Shown in pieces: positions 36,801 to 53,507 of a DNA stretch of 64,000 nucleotides. The notes below the pieces were generated by a model. The model was not told the DNA's origin, did no database searches, and saw only the letters and a program-made list of their open reading frames with translations. The DNA lies in assembly GCA_051362555.1 (NCBI GenBank), contig CM120640.1, forward strand, positions 5,456,001 through 5,520,000. The letters run 5' to 3'. Position numbers and translations under genes: made by a program. The DNA comes from Lingula anatina (Eukaryota > Animalia > Brachiopoda). Within the stretch, counting starts at the first letter, position 1; each line of letters begins with the position of its first letter.

Positions 36801-38861
36801 TTTAAAGAAATTATCATTAGAGTTTCCATAGAATTTAAGTTGAGAAAAGGCAACGTTTTCATTGTTTGGAGTAAGAGGGCAAGATGGACACGATAAACTA
36901 CCAGCAATTTAGACTGGAAAGCACTGTATGACAGTTATTTTTATTTAATTTTAGAGCTTTAGCAAAGAACTGCAATGCTCCCCTGAATGACAAACAGGGA
37001 GGGGAAGCCTCTGACTGGAAAGCTGGAAAACCTGTAAGAGTAGTGAGGAACTGCAAGGGAAGAAAACATTCCAAATATGCACCAGAGGAAGGGAATAGAT
37101 ATGATGGGCTTTATAAGGTAGTCCTATGAATCTGTTAGCTCTTTAAAGCCCTGTTGTAAGATTGTAAATGTTGGCTATAGGGAAAATATTTTGGAGTGAT
37201 TTAACCACAAGTTGTGCCATTAGAACCATTTATCCAGGTTGAATTCAGTGAGATTAATGTAGATATATCAGAATGCTTTTCAACATTATTTATAACTACC
37301 ACTCCTAATTTTACTGCTTCTCCAGGTGGTAAAATACTGGCCAGAGAAAGGTAAATCTGGTTTCATAGTTTGGAGATACTTGTTCAGACGAGATGATCCC
37401 ACCCCAGCCCCGTGGACAAAAGCAGGCAAGAAAAGGATCGAGGAATTGGGGTTGACCATCCAGTACCCACAGGGTTATCTAGAGTCACAGAGAGAGAAGG
37501 AACAACAGAATGCTGAGGCTGAAAATAAGAAAGGAAAGGGCAAGAGGAAGAGAGAGGAAAGTGGTGAGTTGGGCAGGCCCAGTAAAAGACCTTCATACAA
37601 GAATTTGGCAAGAAAAAACGATAACAAGAAATGATCATGGCATCGATGATAGAGCACTACTGTTTACTGATCCTCTCTCTGTAGAACTTCCCATGGTGAC
37701 TATAAATTAAGTTAAAAGATTTGGTGTGTACATATTTTACTCCACTTAATCCTTGGAAGATCTGTGTTGCTTTAATCTCTTGTACATGCTGTAGCTCTTG
37801 TATCCCTTTGAAGAGATCTCTCAGGATTTTAAAGGATTATTCATTCAATTGTAGAAAGAATGTATTATTTATAGATTGCAAAACAAAAATTAAACATGTA
37901 CATTGCAGAGATTTTGTTTTTTAATACTGAATTTCCTCCCTTAAATTTTTATTTTAGAATCTCCAAAGTCCACTCCAGAAAAGAAACAAAAAGTTGCTGC
38001 TTATAAATTTGACCCTGAGGTAGCAAACTTGGTGAAAGAGGATGTGGAGAATAAAAAACTCTGGAAAGAAGCTAAAGAACATGCTAAGGAAGGGGTACAG
38101 GTAGGCAGGGAGTGAATGCTTTAGTTGTGGCATATGTAGCCCAGAAATCATCAGCTAAATCATTGATGTCAAACTGCTGTTACTGAAGACATTGAATTAT
38201 TGATCTACGTGCCAATATACTGAAAGAAAGTGTGGCTTTTAGGTGTCCATACAAGAATTATACAAACAATAACATTGTTTTGTTCTTGATTTAAGCATGT
38301 AGTAGTTAGGTTAGCAGTCTAGGGGATAGGTGTCGATGGGGGCAAAGGTTATCAGGTTGAGATATTACAAATGTTTTTCTTTTCTAGAAATTCTTGGCAA
38401 AAGTTGAGGAACTTTTCCTGTGCATCTGTTGCCAGGAAATAGCATACAAGCCTGTTACAACCAAGTGTCATCACAATGTGTGTAAGGTAAGGAGGATAGT
38501 ATCTCATTTCAATTAACGTGCATTAATCCCCATTTTATCAAACTACCCGGTTTACTGTAATTCCTAACTGGTAACAGAGGACACCTTAATTGCGGGTAAT
38601 ATCTGGTGGCCAGTTGCCTCTCACAGAAGGCACAAAATAATATGAAGATTATGAAAAAGTTTTTTGTTAAACTACCACGCTTTTTGAGACTAATTTATTA
38701 CTCTTATATTCCAGTCCTGCCTGTCCAGATCATTCAAAGCAGAGGTGTACTCTTGTCCAATGTGTAGAACAGAACTAGGCAAAGAATACAGCATGGCTGT
38801 GAACAAAACTCTGAGCAAGATCCTCAATGCACTGTTCCCTGGGTATGAAAATGGACGCTGA
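30892..38861 (+). CDS. UHRF1: E3 ubiquitin ligase UHRF1 (UBL, tandem Tudor, PHD, SRA, RING)
   Basis: About 16 exons. [124 protein letters not shown] and end LFPGYENGR*. Confidence 0.97.
33251..33676. mobile_element. MITE-like element with about 31-bp TIRs enclosing a tandem array
   Basis: 33251-33281 CTGATACTGGAACTTATATTTAGCATGACTG versus the reverse complement of 33646-33676, CTGATACTGGGGCTTACATTTAGCCAGACTG (26/31 identical). Confidence 0.75.
33359..33643. repeat. 67-bp tandem repeat, 4 copies plus a partial copy
   Basis: Unit CATTGTCATATGGGTAGGAATATTCCAGCCAGGTCATTTACCCAGTGAAAGGCTCGGGTTGAGACCA starting at 33359 (76-bp variant), 33435, 33502 and 33569. Confidence 0.95.
35247..35469. mobile_element. 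PIF/Harbinger-like MITE in a UHRF1 intron
   Basis: Perfect 35-bp TIRs at 35249-35283 and 35433-35467 (CCCCCTTTACACTGGACGGCGTCCTTTCTGCGTCC). TAA at 35244-35246 and 35470-35472 is the candidate TSD. Confidence 0.85.
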
Positions 38862-39871
38862 CTCAAGATTTATAGTTGAAAATGTTCATTTCTGCATGAA
38901 TAATTTTTGGAAGCAACCAGTGCATTTCAAATTTTAATGATTACAAATGGTCTTGTTAGATACTTGAATTATTATGACTAAATTTTAAAATTTCTTTATT
39001 CTGATAATCAAAGTAGAATTACACTTGTCTGAGTGAATCAAAAAATGTAAGTGTTGTAGTCTGGAAAAAATACTGTTACGGATGAAGGAAAACAATAATG
39101 ATCCAATGATGACTACCAATGCCATGGCACAGCCGAGGTGTGTTTATCAGTTAGATGTATATATGTTTGCTCCATTGGCCATTTACAGCATTTTAAAGTT
39201 TTTTGAAGAGCATTGTCTCAATTTGCTTCTTATAAATGCAATGAATACTAGTTTCACAGGACATTTAAAAAATTAATATTTAAATATGAATTGAGTTATA
39301 GTTGGAGACAGGTGAAATACTAAATGTGTTGCTTTTGTAATTGTTCATAACAAGTGTTTGTCTTTTTACTCCCAGTAGTTAATTTTATAAAGAATTATTG
39401 TAAAAGGATTTTAATTGAATTAACTGGTTCATAGATTGGTTTGTATTACATATCATTATCTGTTAAAATGTTGCATTGGTACTGGGTCATTTTTATGAGA
39501 ATGCCAAACAGATTGATACATATAAATAAAAGTTTTTGGTATGCAACGGAGGCTGAAACCAGATAACGTAAAGCAAGTGAAAGAAAATGCGACTGCATAC
39601 AGGATTATCACTTTAACATATCAGGTCCATTCAGTTGATTTTTAAATACATTTTTAGACCATGTCTTACAGTATCAGGTTTTTATCTTTTATACACTAAT
39701 TTGTCAGGTATTAACTGGCACATTACAATTTAGAACAATTGGAAAAGCAATTTTACAAATATTTTAATGTTAAAAATTTAAATATTATGCAATAATCAAT
39801 TTCATATTCAATAAATATGTGCTGAAAATGAGTTTTTGTTCCTTACAGCTTTGAAATTCTGGTACAGGTAC

Positions 39872-40070
39872 TATACCCCTCTGAAGAAGTGGGGTGTATA
39901 ATGTTTTGAACATATCAGTCTGAGCAGTGAATAGAGAACATTTATCTAGGCTTAATATTTGGCAGGCTGGTTTAGCAAAAGTTGATGAACCATGTTGAAT
40001 TTGGGGGCCAAGGTCAACAAAAAATCTTTTCTGCTCAAATGGAGAATAATTTGGCCTACCAGGGGCATCT
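39872..40070 (+). repeat. Degraded Helentron/HINE-like interspersed repeat
   Basis: Starts with a TATACCCC..GGGGTGTATA hairpin, contains GGCCAAGGTCAA and ends GGGGCATC. Resembles rolling-circle non-autonomous elements of marine invertebrates (recalled pattern). Confidence 0.4.
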
Positions 40071-41489
40071 GCCTTAATATCTCGTTACTCGTTTAAGTTT
40101 GAAAAGTGATCAATTCATTACATTTGATGCCGTTTTGTTAGAAATGCATGGCTTTTTTAATGCAACTTTTTATCTTAAAATAAAACTGGAAGAAGTGTTT
40201 TATATTTGTAATTATTTCAAATGAACTGATGCCCATAATCAGAAATGTCTATATGTACCTTGTGGCATACTTTTGAAATCAAACCATTCCAACAACAAAG
40301 TTAAAAATCAAGCTGATTAATTTTATTCTTGTTTGTTAAATAAAAGACATGAGGAGAGGTTCAAAGCAGTTCTGTTACATCCTCCATTTTGAGCAGAAAG
40401 AATGTAACACTGGAAAGATAACCTTGCTGTAGCTCGCTGAAATTTCTTTAAAACTAAAATAAACTTATAAATCATTTTGCTCCTTCAATGTAGCTATAAA
40501 ATAATATTTTAAGAACTTCCAGTTACAAATAAACACTTCATGGCAGTTTTATCTATTGGATGGAATTGTTTATTTAAGTATCAAGCTACTTCTACATTAG
40601 ATAATGGAGTATGCGCCACTACATTTTTACTTTCTTTAGCACCAAGCCATTTGGCCCTAGCAATATGTACTACAGGCAAATTAAAATCTTTGAGAGAACT
40701 AAAAACAATAAAACCTACTCTGTACAATCATTTGAAACAACTCTCAATATCGACACAGGTAAGTAGATGTGACATTAATGCCAAATGTTTAAGGCATGGT
40801 GGACTAGAAAAAAATTTTAACCCAAGAGGTCATTTTAAACCATTTCCCACATCATGTAACTATTACCCTAAAAACATATTTACAAAATATTTTGCCTTAC
40901 TGATAGTCTCAATTAAAAAACTAACTCCATATGCCTCCCATATTAATAATAAAAATAAAAGCATATTTTTGCTTAAGCTTTGGTGGAGCAAAGAATTGTT
41001 CATCAAAAAACAGTGCAAATGATTAAAAAAACATTGGGTAGGTTAAACAGGGAAGGTTTTAAAATGTCTTGATAACTTATCACTTTCAAAAGATAGGTTA
41101 AAACAAAAAACTACCAAACTAAATTGCTTCCTACTGTACCCATAAAATAACAGATCATACATCTAAGTAATACATCACATATGGCAAATTGTTTTGGAAG
41201 AAACAGATAAGTAGAAGTATAGAGATAACACATAAATGCTACATATGTACCCAGTTACAAAAGATTCCCGCATCTAAAGAAAATGCAAAGGAAGATTGCA
41301 AAGGAAAATGTAAAACAATCCCATAAACTTGATGACTACAGAAGTGTATTACATCACCTGAGTGTATTTCCAATTAAATAATGTTCAACTTCTTATATAC
41401 CTGAAAACATGATTGACCATAAAGAGTTAAAGCTGCGGTACACCCTCATTCTAGTAGCGCCCTGTGTGTTATATCCGACAGACAACCAT

Positions 41490-44700
<3,211 letters not shown>

Positions 44701-45330
44701 GTTTAAATGTTTTCCTGGTAGTTTGTAGCTTTTATCACATTAACGATATGCTTAAGTTGCTGTTATTTTCATTGATTGCATGTTTAAGTTTTAGAAAATA
44801 TATTTTTCGATATTGTTGTCGTATCATTTCACCATTCAACTGTAGTGTAACGAAATACTGTCTAAAGAGTTCGACAGCACAGTGGCAGACTCCAGACTAG
44901 AAGTACAGTGCTTTCTAGTTTGTTTGGCCAGTCCCGTAGCTTGTTTAATTTTTTTGTAACAATAATGCCGATTAAATATTGTCTCATATATAATGTATCT
45001 GTTTTATTCGAGAGTCTTAGTGGTCTTGGATTTAGTCTAAATTTTAGATCTGTATTATATGGGTACGTTTTATTGGAACAAATAAATGAAGTTGGCTCAG
45101 ACTGCCTAATTAACTAAATTGAATTTTAGACCTGTACACACAGACATAGGCTGAGGTTGCCTTAGACACATCATAGTTGATAGGGGGAGTTATCAGCTTG
45201 ATTCTCTAATGAAATAATTGAAAATATATGACCAAGCAGTTTTTCTAACCTAAAAAGTAAATGTAATTTTTTTAGGAAGGAAAACCCCTAAAGATATAAG
45301 ATAGTGTTGACAGGAGAAGAGAGACCAACA

Positions 45331-48300
45331 ATGCTATCACATACAAGGTATATATTCATGTCTTGAAAATTATCTGTAGAGAAGTCAACATGCATATTAA
45401 TAGTTCATAAAAAATATGACCTCTCTTCATAAAAAAAAAACAAATTTTTTATTTCTCAAAAGATATGATGAAAGATTAATGAGCATTTTTTTTATGCTGA
45501 TCTTAGCCATCTAGTAGAATAAGGATCGGGGTTATAATATATCAAATTCTGGAACTTGCATGTTAGAATTCAATAAGGACTTGACATTGAATTTTACCAA
45601 GTGAGTTCCAGAATTTATCTATATTCTTAATTTGATAGTTTACCTATACTGTTTTTGGATCTGAATGATGAAGAGATGTCAATTACTTTCAGACGTGATG
45701 GTCCTTCTGTTGGGTTGGTCCCTCTGTCTTTCCCAGCAACAAAGAGCATACTATGGGATCACACCAGTACTGGGCCTGCTGTGGTCATACACATGACCTA
45801 CTACAGGTAAAGCAGAAATCACAGCTTCTTAAAAAGTCAAATGGTCTTTAGACATAAAATGATAATTTTTAACAACAGACATGGAATCTCTCTCTCTCTC
45901 TCTTTCATACACACGCATGCACATAAACACAGTGCGTTCACATAATGATTGGAACTCACCTGAGTATTTTAACTGTTTGTCCATTGTTTGCTTTGCAGGG
46001 ACATTAATTTAATTATTTCAAGTAAAGCCCTGCAGCTGGCACGGAGATACGCTGCAGATAGCAGCAAAATGGAATTTCTTTGCTTACTTCAAGGATCTTT
46101 GTCTGTAGATACAGGTATTGATATTCTTTCATTTTTGATGCAAGTATTCTACTTTCTTTAGCAAGAAAAAAAATTGTCCAATATATATAGTTTTTAAATA
46201 TGGAGTCAAATTTTGTACAGATATTATCTTAGTCACAGAAAATTAAAATTTATTAGCAGCTTAGAAGCCTCTGGATTTCAAACTACTAAATTATTTCTAC
46301 ATTTAAAAAGTACACATTCTTTTGAATATCATATGTTAAGTCGATTTACCAGTTTAAATTTTTTTCCTTTAGATGGTGGCATAACTGCAAATCTTGAGAG
46401 GTTTGACATGGGTAAGATGGAGCAAGGCAGTCTGTCTCCAACCAGTAAAATGGCAGGAGACATCACTGTACCTTTGATTGTAAGTCTGAATGTGATTCAC
46501 CAAGTTTTTTGGAATAAAAATGTTGTTGTATAAATTTGGGTAGATAATTTGGAAGTTTCCGTATGTACCATTATTTTGATTGTAATACCCCCTCTACCCC
46601 CCTGAAAGGATGCCAACCTAAAGCTGGCTACTGCTACCTGGTACTTAACTGATTGATTTGTACTGGGTGAAGAGGGGCCATCACATGTAATCTTACTCAA
46701 GGACTGAAAAAAGACAAAAATAACCAAACAGCACTTGCTCCCCACACTCTTTGTACTATGCTCTAGGTTGAAAGGACTATACAGCATTAAAGCAATATGA
46801 TGACTTACTGGATTACAGAACATTGCAATTATTCTATTTTAGGTGATGAAGAGTGGAGGCAAACCTCAGCTCAGCAGCGATGATTATTTCAAGGCACTAC
46901 AGGTAAGCTCCTTCTTTTTGCTACTGTAGGACAGTGGGATCAGACTGATGTGAGATATGGCAGCAGTAGAAAATAGATCATGGTGCATCAATAATAATCT
47001 TTTTTATTTTATTTTTATTACCAATGGTCTCATTTTGCTAAAATATTTGTCATTTATTTATTGATTTTTATTTACAAATTCCAACTTCATTTTGGCTAAA
47101 AAAAACTTGATTTTATTGACTTTCTTAAATATTAACTCCTACAAAAAGGCAGTTAAAGTCTCAAAAGTCATAAAATGTTTACTGTATTTTGTAAATGATG
47201 TTTCTTTCTGTAGATGCTGCAGCACACTGTAACCAGTGGTTGTAAGATTCAGCTGGATCAGTATGTGGTTGCCTTTGCCAGCCTTGTTCCCAAGCCATCT
47301 ACCAGGAATGGGGAGGTTTATGACATGGGTATCAGTGTGGTATCTTTGTCAAACCACCTGAAGGCTACACCAGTGAAAAATGTGCCCATTGTCCCCACTG
47401 CTTTATCCAAGAACTTGGCTGGACCTGCAAGCCTGAGTGACGTGCAGGGAGAGCCTAAGGCAGGGTGAGATTAATGCATATTTTAACCATCTTTTTGTTT
47501 AATTTATTGTCAACCACAAAATATGTGAGTACAAATTTTTCATTGATTTCTGAAGCTGGTGTTATTTCTATTCATTATTTTCTGACACAATTTGGTATTT
47601 GAAAAATAATTCAAAACCCCTGTAGCTTGGTTCTGTTATTATATTTTTAAATATAACTGAATATATAGTTTCACTGCATATAGTTTCACTGACTCCTTGG
47701 CACAAGTGTTGCAGTGTGATGATTATTTGTTTCAGTTACCTCACCATGGACCACACCCGCAAGTTGCTCTTGATATTAGAGTCTGACCCCAAGGTTTACA
47801 CACTTCCTTTGGTGGGCATGTAAGTTAAATGAACATATGTATATATATTTATCATGAGAATAGTAGTTACTTGTTTGCATACAGGCTTTGATAAAAACAA
47901 ATTTAAAATTGAGTAATTTTCATTTTGAGAGGCATCTGGTTGCCAATATGGATGATGGCTTATTTTGTATTTTTAAAATGATATCGCATGTAATGCTGTT
48001 GGTAGAAAGGTTTTAGGATATCTGTTCCCTTTCCAGATGGCTGAGTGGAATACCACTGGTGTATCACCCCTTTGTATGGGCTGCCTGCCTGAGATACCTG
48101 CACAATGCACACATACAGGAAAGGTAGATGTTTTTGACATTAAACACCTATGTGTTATTTATATTAAGAGAGAGAGAAAAAGGGTATAAACAGCTGCAAA
48201 CAGTTGTAGTAGTAGTAGTAGTAGTAGTAGTAGTCTTGTGAAAAAAATTCAAGATAAAAAATGAAGGTGTAGGTTACATTGTGTCAGGTTAATTGAATAG

Positions 48301-51300
48301 CAAGGTTGATAGAATAAACAATGTATTTAAATATTATCTTTATATATCTTTAAATATTATCTTTATATTATGTTTCTGATGCAGGGTTTGCAAACCACCA
48401 GAGCCTTTCCTGTTGGTCCTGTACTCTCCTCTCCACTCCCAGCCAGAGTTCTATGAGGTCACTGCTGTGGATGGAGGGGGCAGACTCACTTTCCAGCTGT
48501 ATTCTGCTGTTCTGAACATAGACCTCTCAAAGGTATGGAGGACTCTTTGATCATGATTGACTCTCTTCTTGATAGTTGTTTATTTGATAAATGTTTTCAT
48601 ATCTGCAGTAAAGCTTTGTTTCTTTTTAAAAAGGAATTTTATTGATGAGTTTAAAAAAGCATGAGATTCCCCCCCACAACATGTCTACTGATTAGATAAT
48701 AACGTATGTTTATAGTCCGTAAGAATAATGCATATTCTATTCATATTCAGACTGGCAGTAGTGAGGCAGTGGTTGACGTGGACTTATGTAAAGTTCAGGG
48801 TGGTGGACAGAAAATGGAAGTGTTTCAGGCTGCAGTGCAGCAACTGACAGAAACCAGGTCAGTTAACATAAGCAAGCCATAAAGCTTTTAAAGATGCATT
48901 TGAAGTCAATTTTTGCCACAAATGAAGTTTCAAATAGTATAGCTTAGAGATATACGGCTTGACTACTGTGTTGTATATAAATAAGGCAGGCAAGTAGGTC
49001 AAATTCATGACCAAAACTTTGAAGAAGGTGCGGTGTCAAGCTCTTTTATGGCTGACTGAGTGAATAAATCAGTTTATCCCTTGGTATGTTGACTTTATCT
49101 GAGTCATATAAGAAACTAGTAGCAGTGATTTATATGCGATACTTAGGATCCAAGCTTCACCAATGCTCAGTTCAAATGTACCTTTAAATTCTGTGCATCA
49201 TTTGAAAAAAATGTTTACTAACTCTTTATTTTAATCCCTTCAGGTGTGAGACCCCCAAGGCTAAGGACCATGTTATAGTAACTGTTGAAGACAGCACTCC
49301 TAGAGCAACACCTTCACCACACACAGCAAAGGTAAGCAACCATTATGTTCCAACTGTAGCTTGGTTGTCTCTTATTTACTTATATGTTTTTCTCTTGCAT
49401 AACGTATATTGTTTTGCCCCCCTGATTAATTAATGCATTACTTTGTTTCAGACAACATCTATCCAGCCCAGTGTGCCTGATGTCTCTCTCATATTTGATG
49501 ATGACTATCAGTCTGGCCAGCAACCTCTTACCCAAGGCAAAGAAAATGTATACCAACCACCTAAAACTCTTCAACAGCAATACACAGACCAGTTAACTGC
49601 CTTTCGACCCAAAAAACAGCAGCAAAAGCCAGTGCCATCCAGACAACCTCTAAAGCCTGTCAACAGACAGTCCCCTAGCTTACCTGTGTCACCAAATATA
49701 CCACAACATGTCAGGACACTTCCGCCCCGCAGTCACAGTTTGCCAGATGTCAGTCAGTTACTTGATGACAGTGGACAGCATGGTAATCACCAGAGTCCAC
49801 ACATGCAGAGACAGTCCAGCTCAGAACAGCTGATGTATGAGCAACAACTGCAGCCATCTTCAGGTCCTGGGATTCAACAGTCCCTGCCCCCCTACCCATA
49901 CTCCCATCAGTATCCAGGTGTGCCTGACACTGGGGGAATGGATTATGGGGTTCCTGGTAAATATGCATCAACAAGAGGTCCTGCACCGAGACAGAGGGGG
50001 CCAAGAACAAAGAAAGGAATGCCTGGTCCTCATTTACAGCCAAGTCAGCGTTCTCATTCAGGAGAGAGACAGAGAATGCCCAGACAAGATCACCAAGTGC
50101 ACCCTCATCACAACAGCAGCCAACTTCCACCACAGTATGCATTTCCTCCATATCAGGGACATATGCTACCTTGGCCAGCAGTACCTCCTGGATGTCAACC
50201 AGGTCCTCCCCCATATCACCACACAGGTAGTGGAAGGCATAGTCTAGGGTCCTCAGCTCCACCACCACAACATGCACCCACCAGACACCAGGGAGGTCCT
50301 CAGACTAGGAGACTTAGTGAACCCATTGCTTCAGGTATGATTGGCCAGTATCAGTCGCATGGGTATATGGAACCATATGGAGTTTCCCAGGCAGGGCAGA
50401 ATGGAAGAGAAGGTGAAAACTTGTGCAGGGGACCAGAGCCCCAAAGGCATGCACCAAGGAAAATGCAGCAGAACAACCTAGTCTGTCAGTGTCAAGAATG
50501 TCAACAATCCTGTAGTGTGAGAGATGAGCCAGTCCCTGCCAGTGCTGTTATTACTGTACACCATAATGCCCAGAAGTCTGTTCCACAACATGTTCATTTT
50601 GCTCCACCTGAAGACCATAGGCTGAAGGAAAAATTGAGACCAAACAAATGTGCTTGTTGTGGCTTGGCAGTGTGCGAGAAGGGAAATAATGAAAATAAAA
50701 GAGGTCATGATGTGAAATCAAAAGATGACTGTGTAACTCACCAAAACCAGACTCCATATCAAAACATGGCCCCAGATGACATGTATCAACTTCTTCTCAA
50801 ACAAGATGCTGAAATTAAAGAACAAAACTCTCAATTGAAGATGTTGCAAGCTCAGATACAGAAAATACTGTCTGCTCAGCAAAACACACAGACAAACATG
50901 GAACCAGATGTTGACCACTCCCCAGGACCAAATGTGGGAGGTTCCCCAGACTCTCAGGGATATGTTTCTATGGAAACCAGTGTCACATCTCCAGCAGAGA
51001 AGATGACTTGCAGTATGGGTACAAATACCAGCCTGTGGCTTGCAAATGGGATGCAAATCCCTGAAAAATGCCATACTGATTTATCTCAAAGCAGAATGAC
51101 CCAACAAGAAGGTGGTGAAAAACAGCGGCTTGAGTTTGAGACAGACCCAGTAAATGTGACTGAGGAAAATCAGGCAGGTAACAGTAACCAGTCTTTGGCA
51201 AGCTTGGGCAGTGTCCATGTACAAGTGCAGGAAAGAACTGACCAAAGCTTTGTGTCAGATATGGTAGTGGATATCCCAAGTTATGAAAGTTCTCCGGAAC

Positions 51301-53507
51301 GGTAAGTGCACACAATATGAAAAGTGTTGCTTAAAGTCTTTAAAACCGAAGTTGTAGTTGAATTGGTGGATGGTTTGTTTTACTTGGTTCTTCCCCAACG
51401 GTAACCCATTTCATGTTTTTTTACAGAGATGTAATGAATGTGTTAAAGTTGTTTGCATACATCCCGCTTTTAAAAATGTCCTCTAGAACATAATATGTGA
51501 AGCATGTACAATAAAACTTCTTAATTCTGCCACACATTTGTGCTACACAATATGGTAAATAATTTCAGAACACCAAAGAATGAAAGGAGCAGACCAAATA
51601 CCAGATGTGACCAGAGTTTCCAAAGTCCCGTTCTTGGAGAAAGTATCAGCATGTATGAGCAGGTAATGAAATGTCAGCTTATACATTTCATATGGACATG
51701 TTGAAATTTGCCCTAGCATGGTCAAAATTGCACAGAATTTTTAAATAGTGTATAGATGAGGATTTGCTGAATGTTATTACTATTGATTCAATTAGGAAAA
51801 AAAATTTTATCCAAAACTTTTAGGGTGCTGATGCCAGAGGAAAAGGTAAAGGTGAAGAGATGCAAACTGATAGGAAGGAGGTCCCTGCTGTTGCTGAAAA
51901 TGCTCAGTACTATGAAAACATTATTGTAAGTGATATGATAAATATAAATATTATATAAGAAATTCAAAAGGAAACAAATGATCTGAAGGAGAAATTGGGA
52001 GTTATATTTTATATTTAAAAATTAAACTAAAAAGAATGAAGTAATTTAAAAGAGAATTTTTTAGGTATTGAAATTTTCTTTTATGGTGTACTCTAGAAAA
52101 TTCGTTCGAGTTTTTTCTTATTTTGCATATTTCAGAATAATGTAAAACAACTCCTAGCCAAGCATTCAGCTTCAGAAAGCCCAGTGTATCATCAGGAGGA
52201 TGACCCCTCTTCCATGTGTTTGGAACAGAGGGAAGTTTTACCTGACAAAGTGGTTGAAGTTGTCAAGCAGGCTGCTGTATTTGATGGTGAACCAGAAACT
52301 GATGTAGTCTGTGCAACAATTGAACATCTCAAGAAATTGGGAATTAATGAAACAGAAGCTGAAGAAGAAGAGAGGTACCATTGCGTACACACACACGCAC
52401 ACACACACACGCACACTTAAGTCCACTTGATTATTCATACATTTCAGTTCTTTTTAGATAGCGTTACAATCTTTTCATGACATGCTTTATGTTTTTGAAT
52501 AGTTGACATGTCTTAGACCTCAACAGTTTTGATTTATCAGGATATTTCATTTCAGGGTTGATGCTTCCATGCTGAATTTGGCATTACTACCCAAAGTCAA
52601 CTACATGTCACTGATGTTGGACGACCTGCCAGATACAGATGCAAGCATGGAGATGAACGCATTAGCAATGAAATACCTCAGTGATGACCAGCTGTCTCAG
52701 TTTGCAAAATTGTCAACTAAACCATCAGCAAGAAGAGGGAATAAAATGGACACGTTATTACACAGAGTGCTATTAAATGACCAGGGTTCAACTCCCAACG
52801 TCACTTTGTTTGGCATGTCCCCCTGCAACATGACAATGGCCACCAGGAAGTACATGGAAAGGTACGGGTTGATAAAGGGTAAAACCACAAAAGACACATT
52901 TGCACATGAGTCTGATATTCATATTACCAGCAAACTGCAGTGGAAATCGCCAGTGGCAGATGAGCCTGAAAATGAAATTCGGCCCAATAAAATCAGTAAT
53001 TGTGACAAGGACATTGGGGGTTTAGCTAAATTGCAAGGCCAGAAAGTAAGTGTGGAGAATAGAGCTACAGCCAAAAAAGACTTTGAAAATGAGAGTGAAA
53101 ATCCACTCTCCGAACCTGATCATGAATATGAAAATGGGAATTTCAAGAGAACAGTAGATAAAAAGTCAGAAATACAAGTGCTGGAAGGATTACCCAGACC
53201 AGGAACTAGGTCCAAGGAGCAGAAAGATATGCAATCTTCTCATAAACAAGATAAAGCAGGTGCTTCTTCACAGGGTGTCACTGTTGGGGCATTTCTTGGG
53301 CAAATGAAACGGGCAGCTATGAGACATTCACCATCGTCAGTCAACAGGTTGGAGGCTCAGGGTGAAGCAAATGACAGTGATTCCTATACCTCTGTGGCTT
53401 CTGATTCTTCCAGTGAGGGGAGTGTGAGCTTTGCCAAACCAACCCTTTCCCCAGGACAAAACATTCTGGATATTCACAGACTTAAACAACTCCCTAAGCT
53501 CATGTGA
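45331..53507 (+). CDS. STIL: SCL-interrupting locus protein (centriole duplication factor STIL)
   Basis: [72 protein letters not shown]-binding PRATPSP, PLK4-binding coiled coil, STAN motif ([18 protein letters not shown]) and C-terminal [14 protein letters not shown]. The start at 45331 is inferred from exon phase. Confidence 0.95.
48206..48234. repeat. (GTA)n microsatellite
   Basis: Visible GTA run in a STIL intron. Confidence 0.9.

Noticed and set aside
37565-37634. RING-less UHRF1 isoform by read-through ([12 protein letters not shown]..)
   Set aside because: A consensus donor G|GTGAGT precedes it, and the extension is most simply intron sequence.
40540-41022. 160-aa plus-strand ORF
   Set aside because: AT-rich, lies in the probable CMPK1 3' UTR or intergenic region, and has no motif or splice support.
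49750-51315. Several antisense or overlapping ORFs of 110-175 aa
   Set aside because: Shadows of the large GC-richer STIL exon with no recognisable motifs. The same applies to ORFs opposite MCM9 and MED26.
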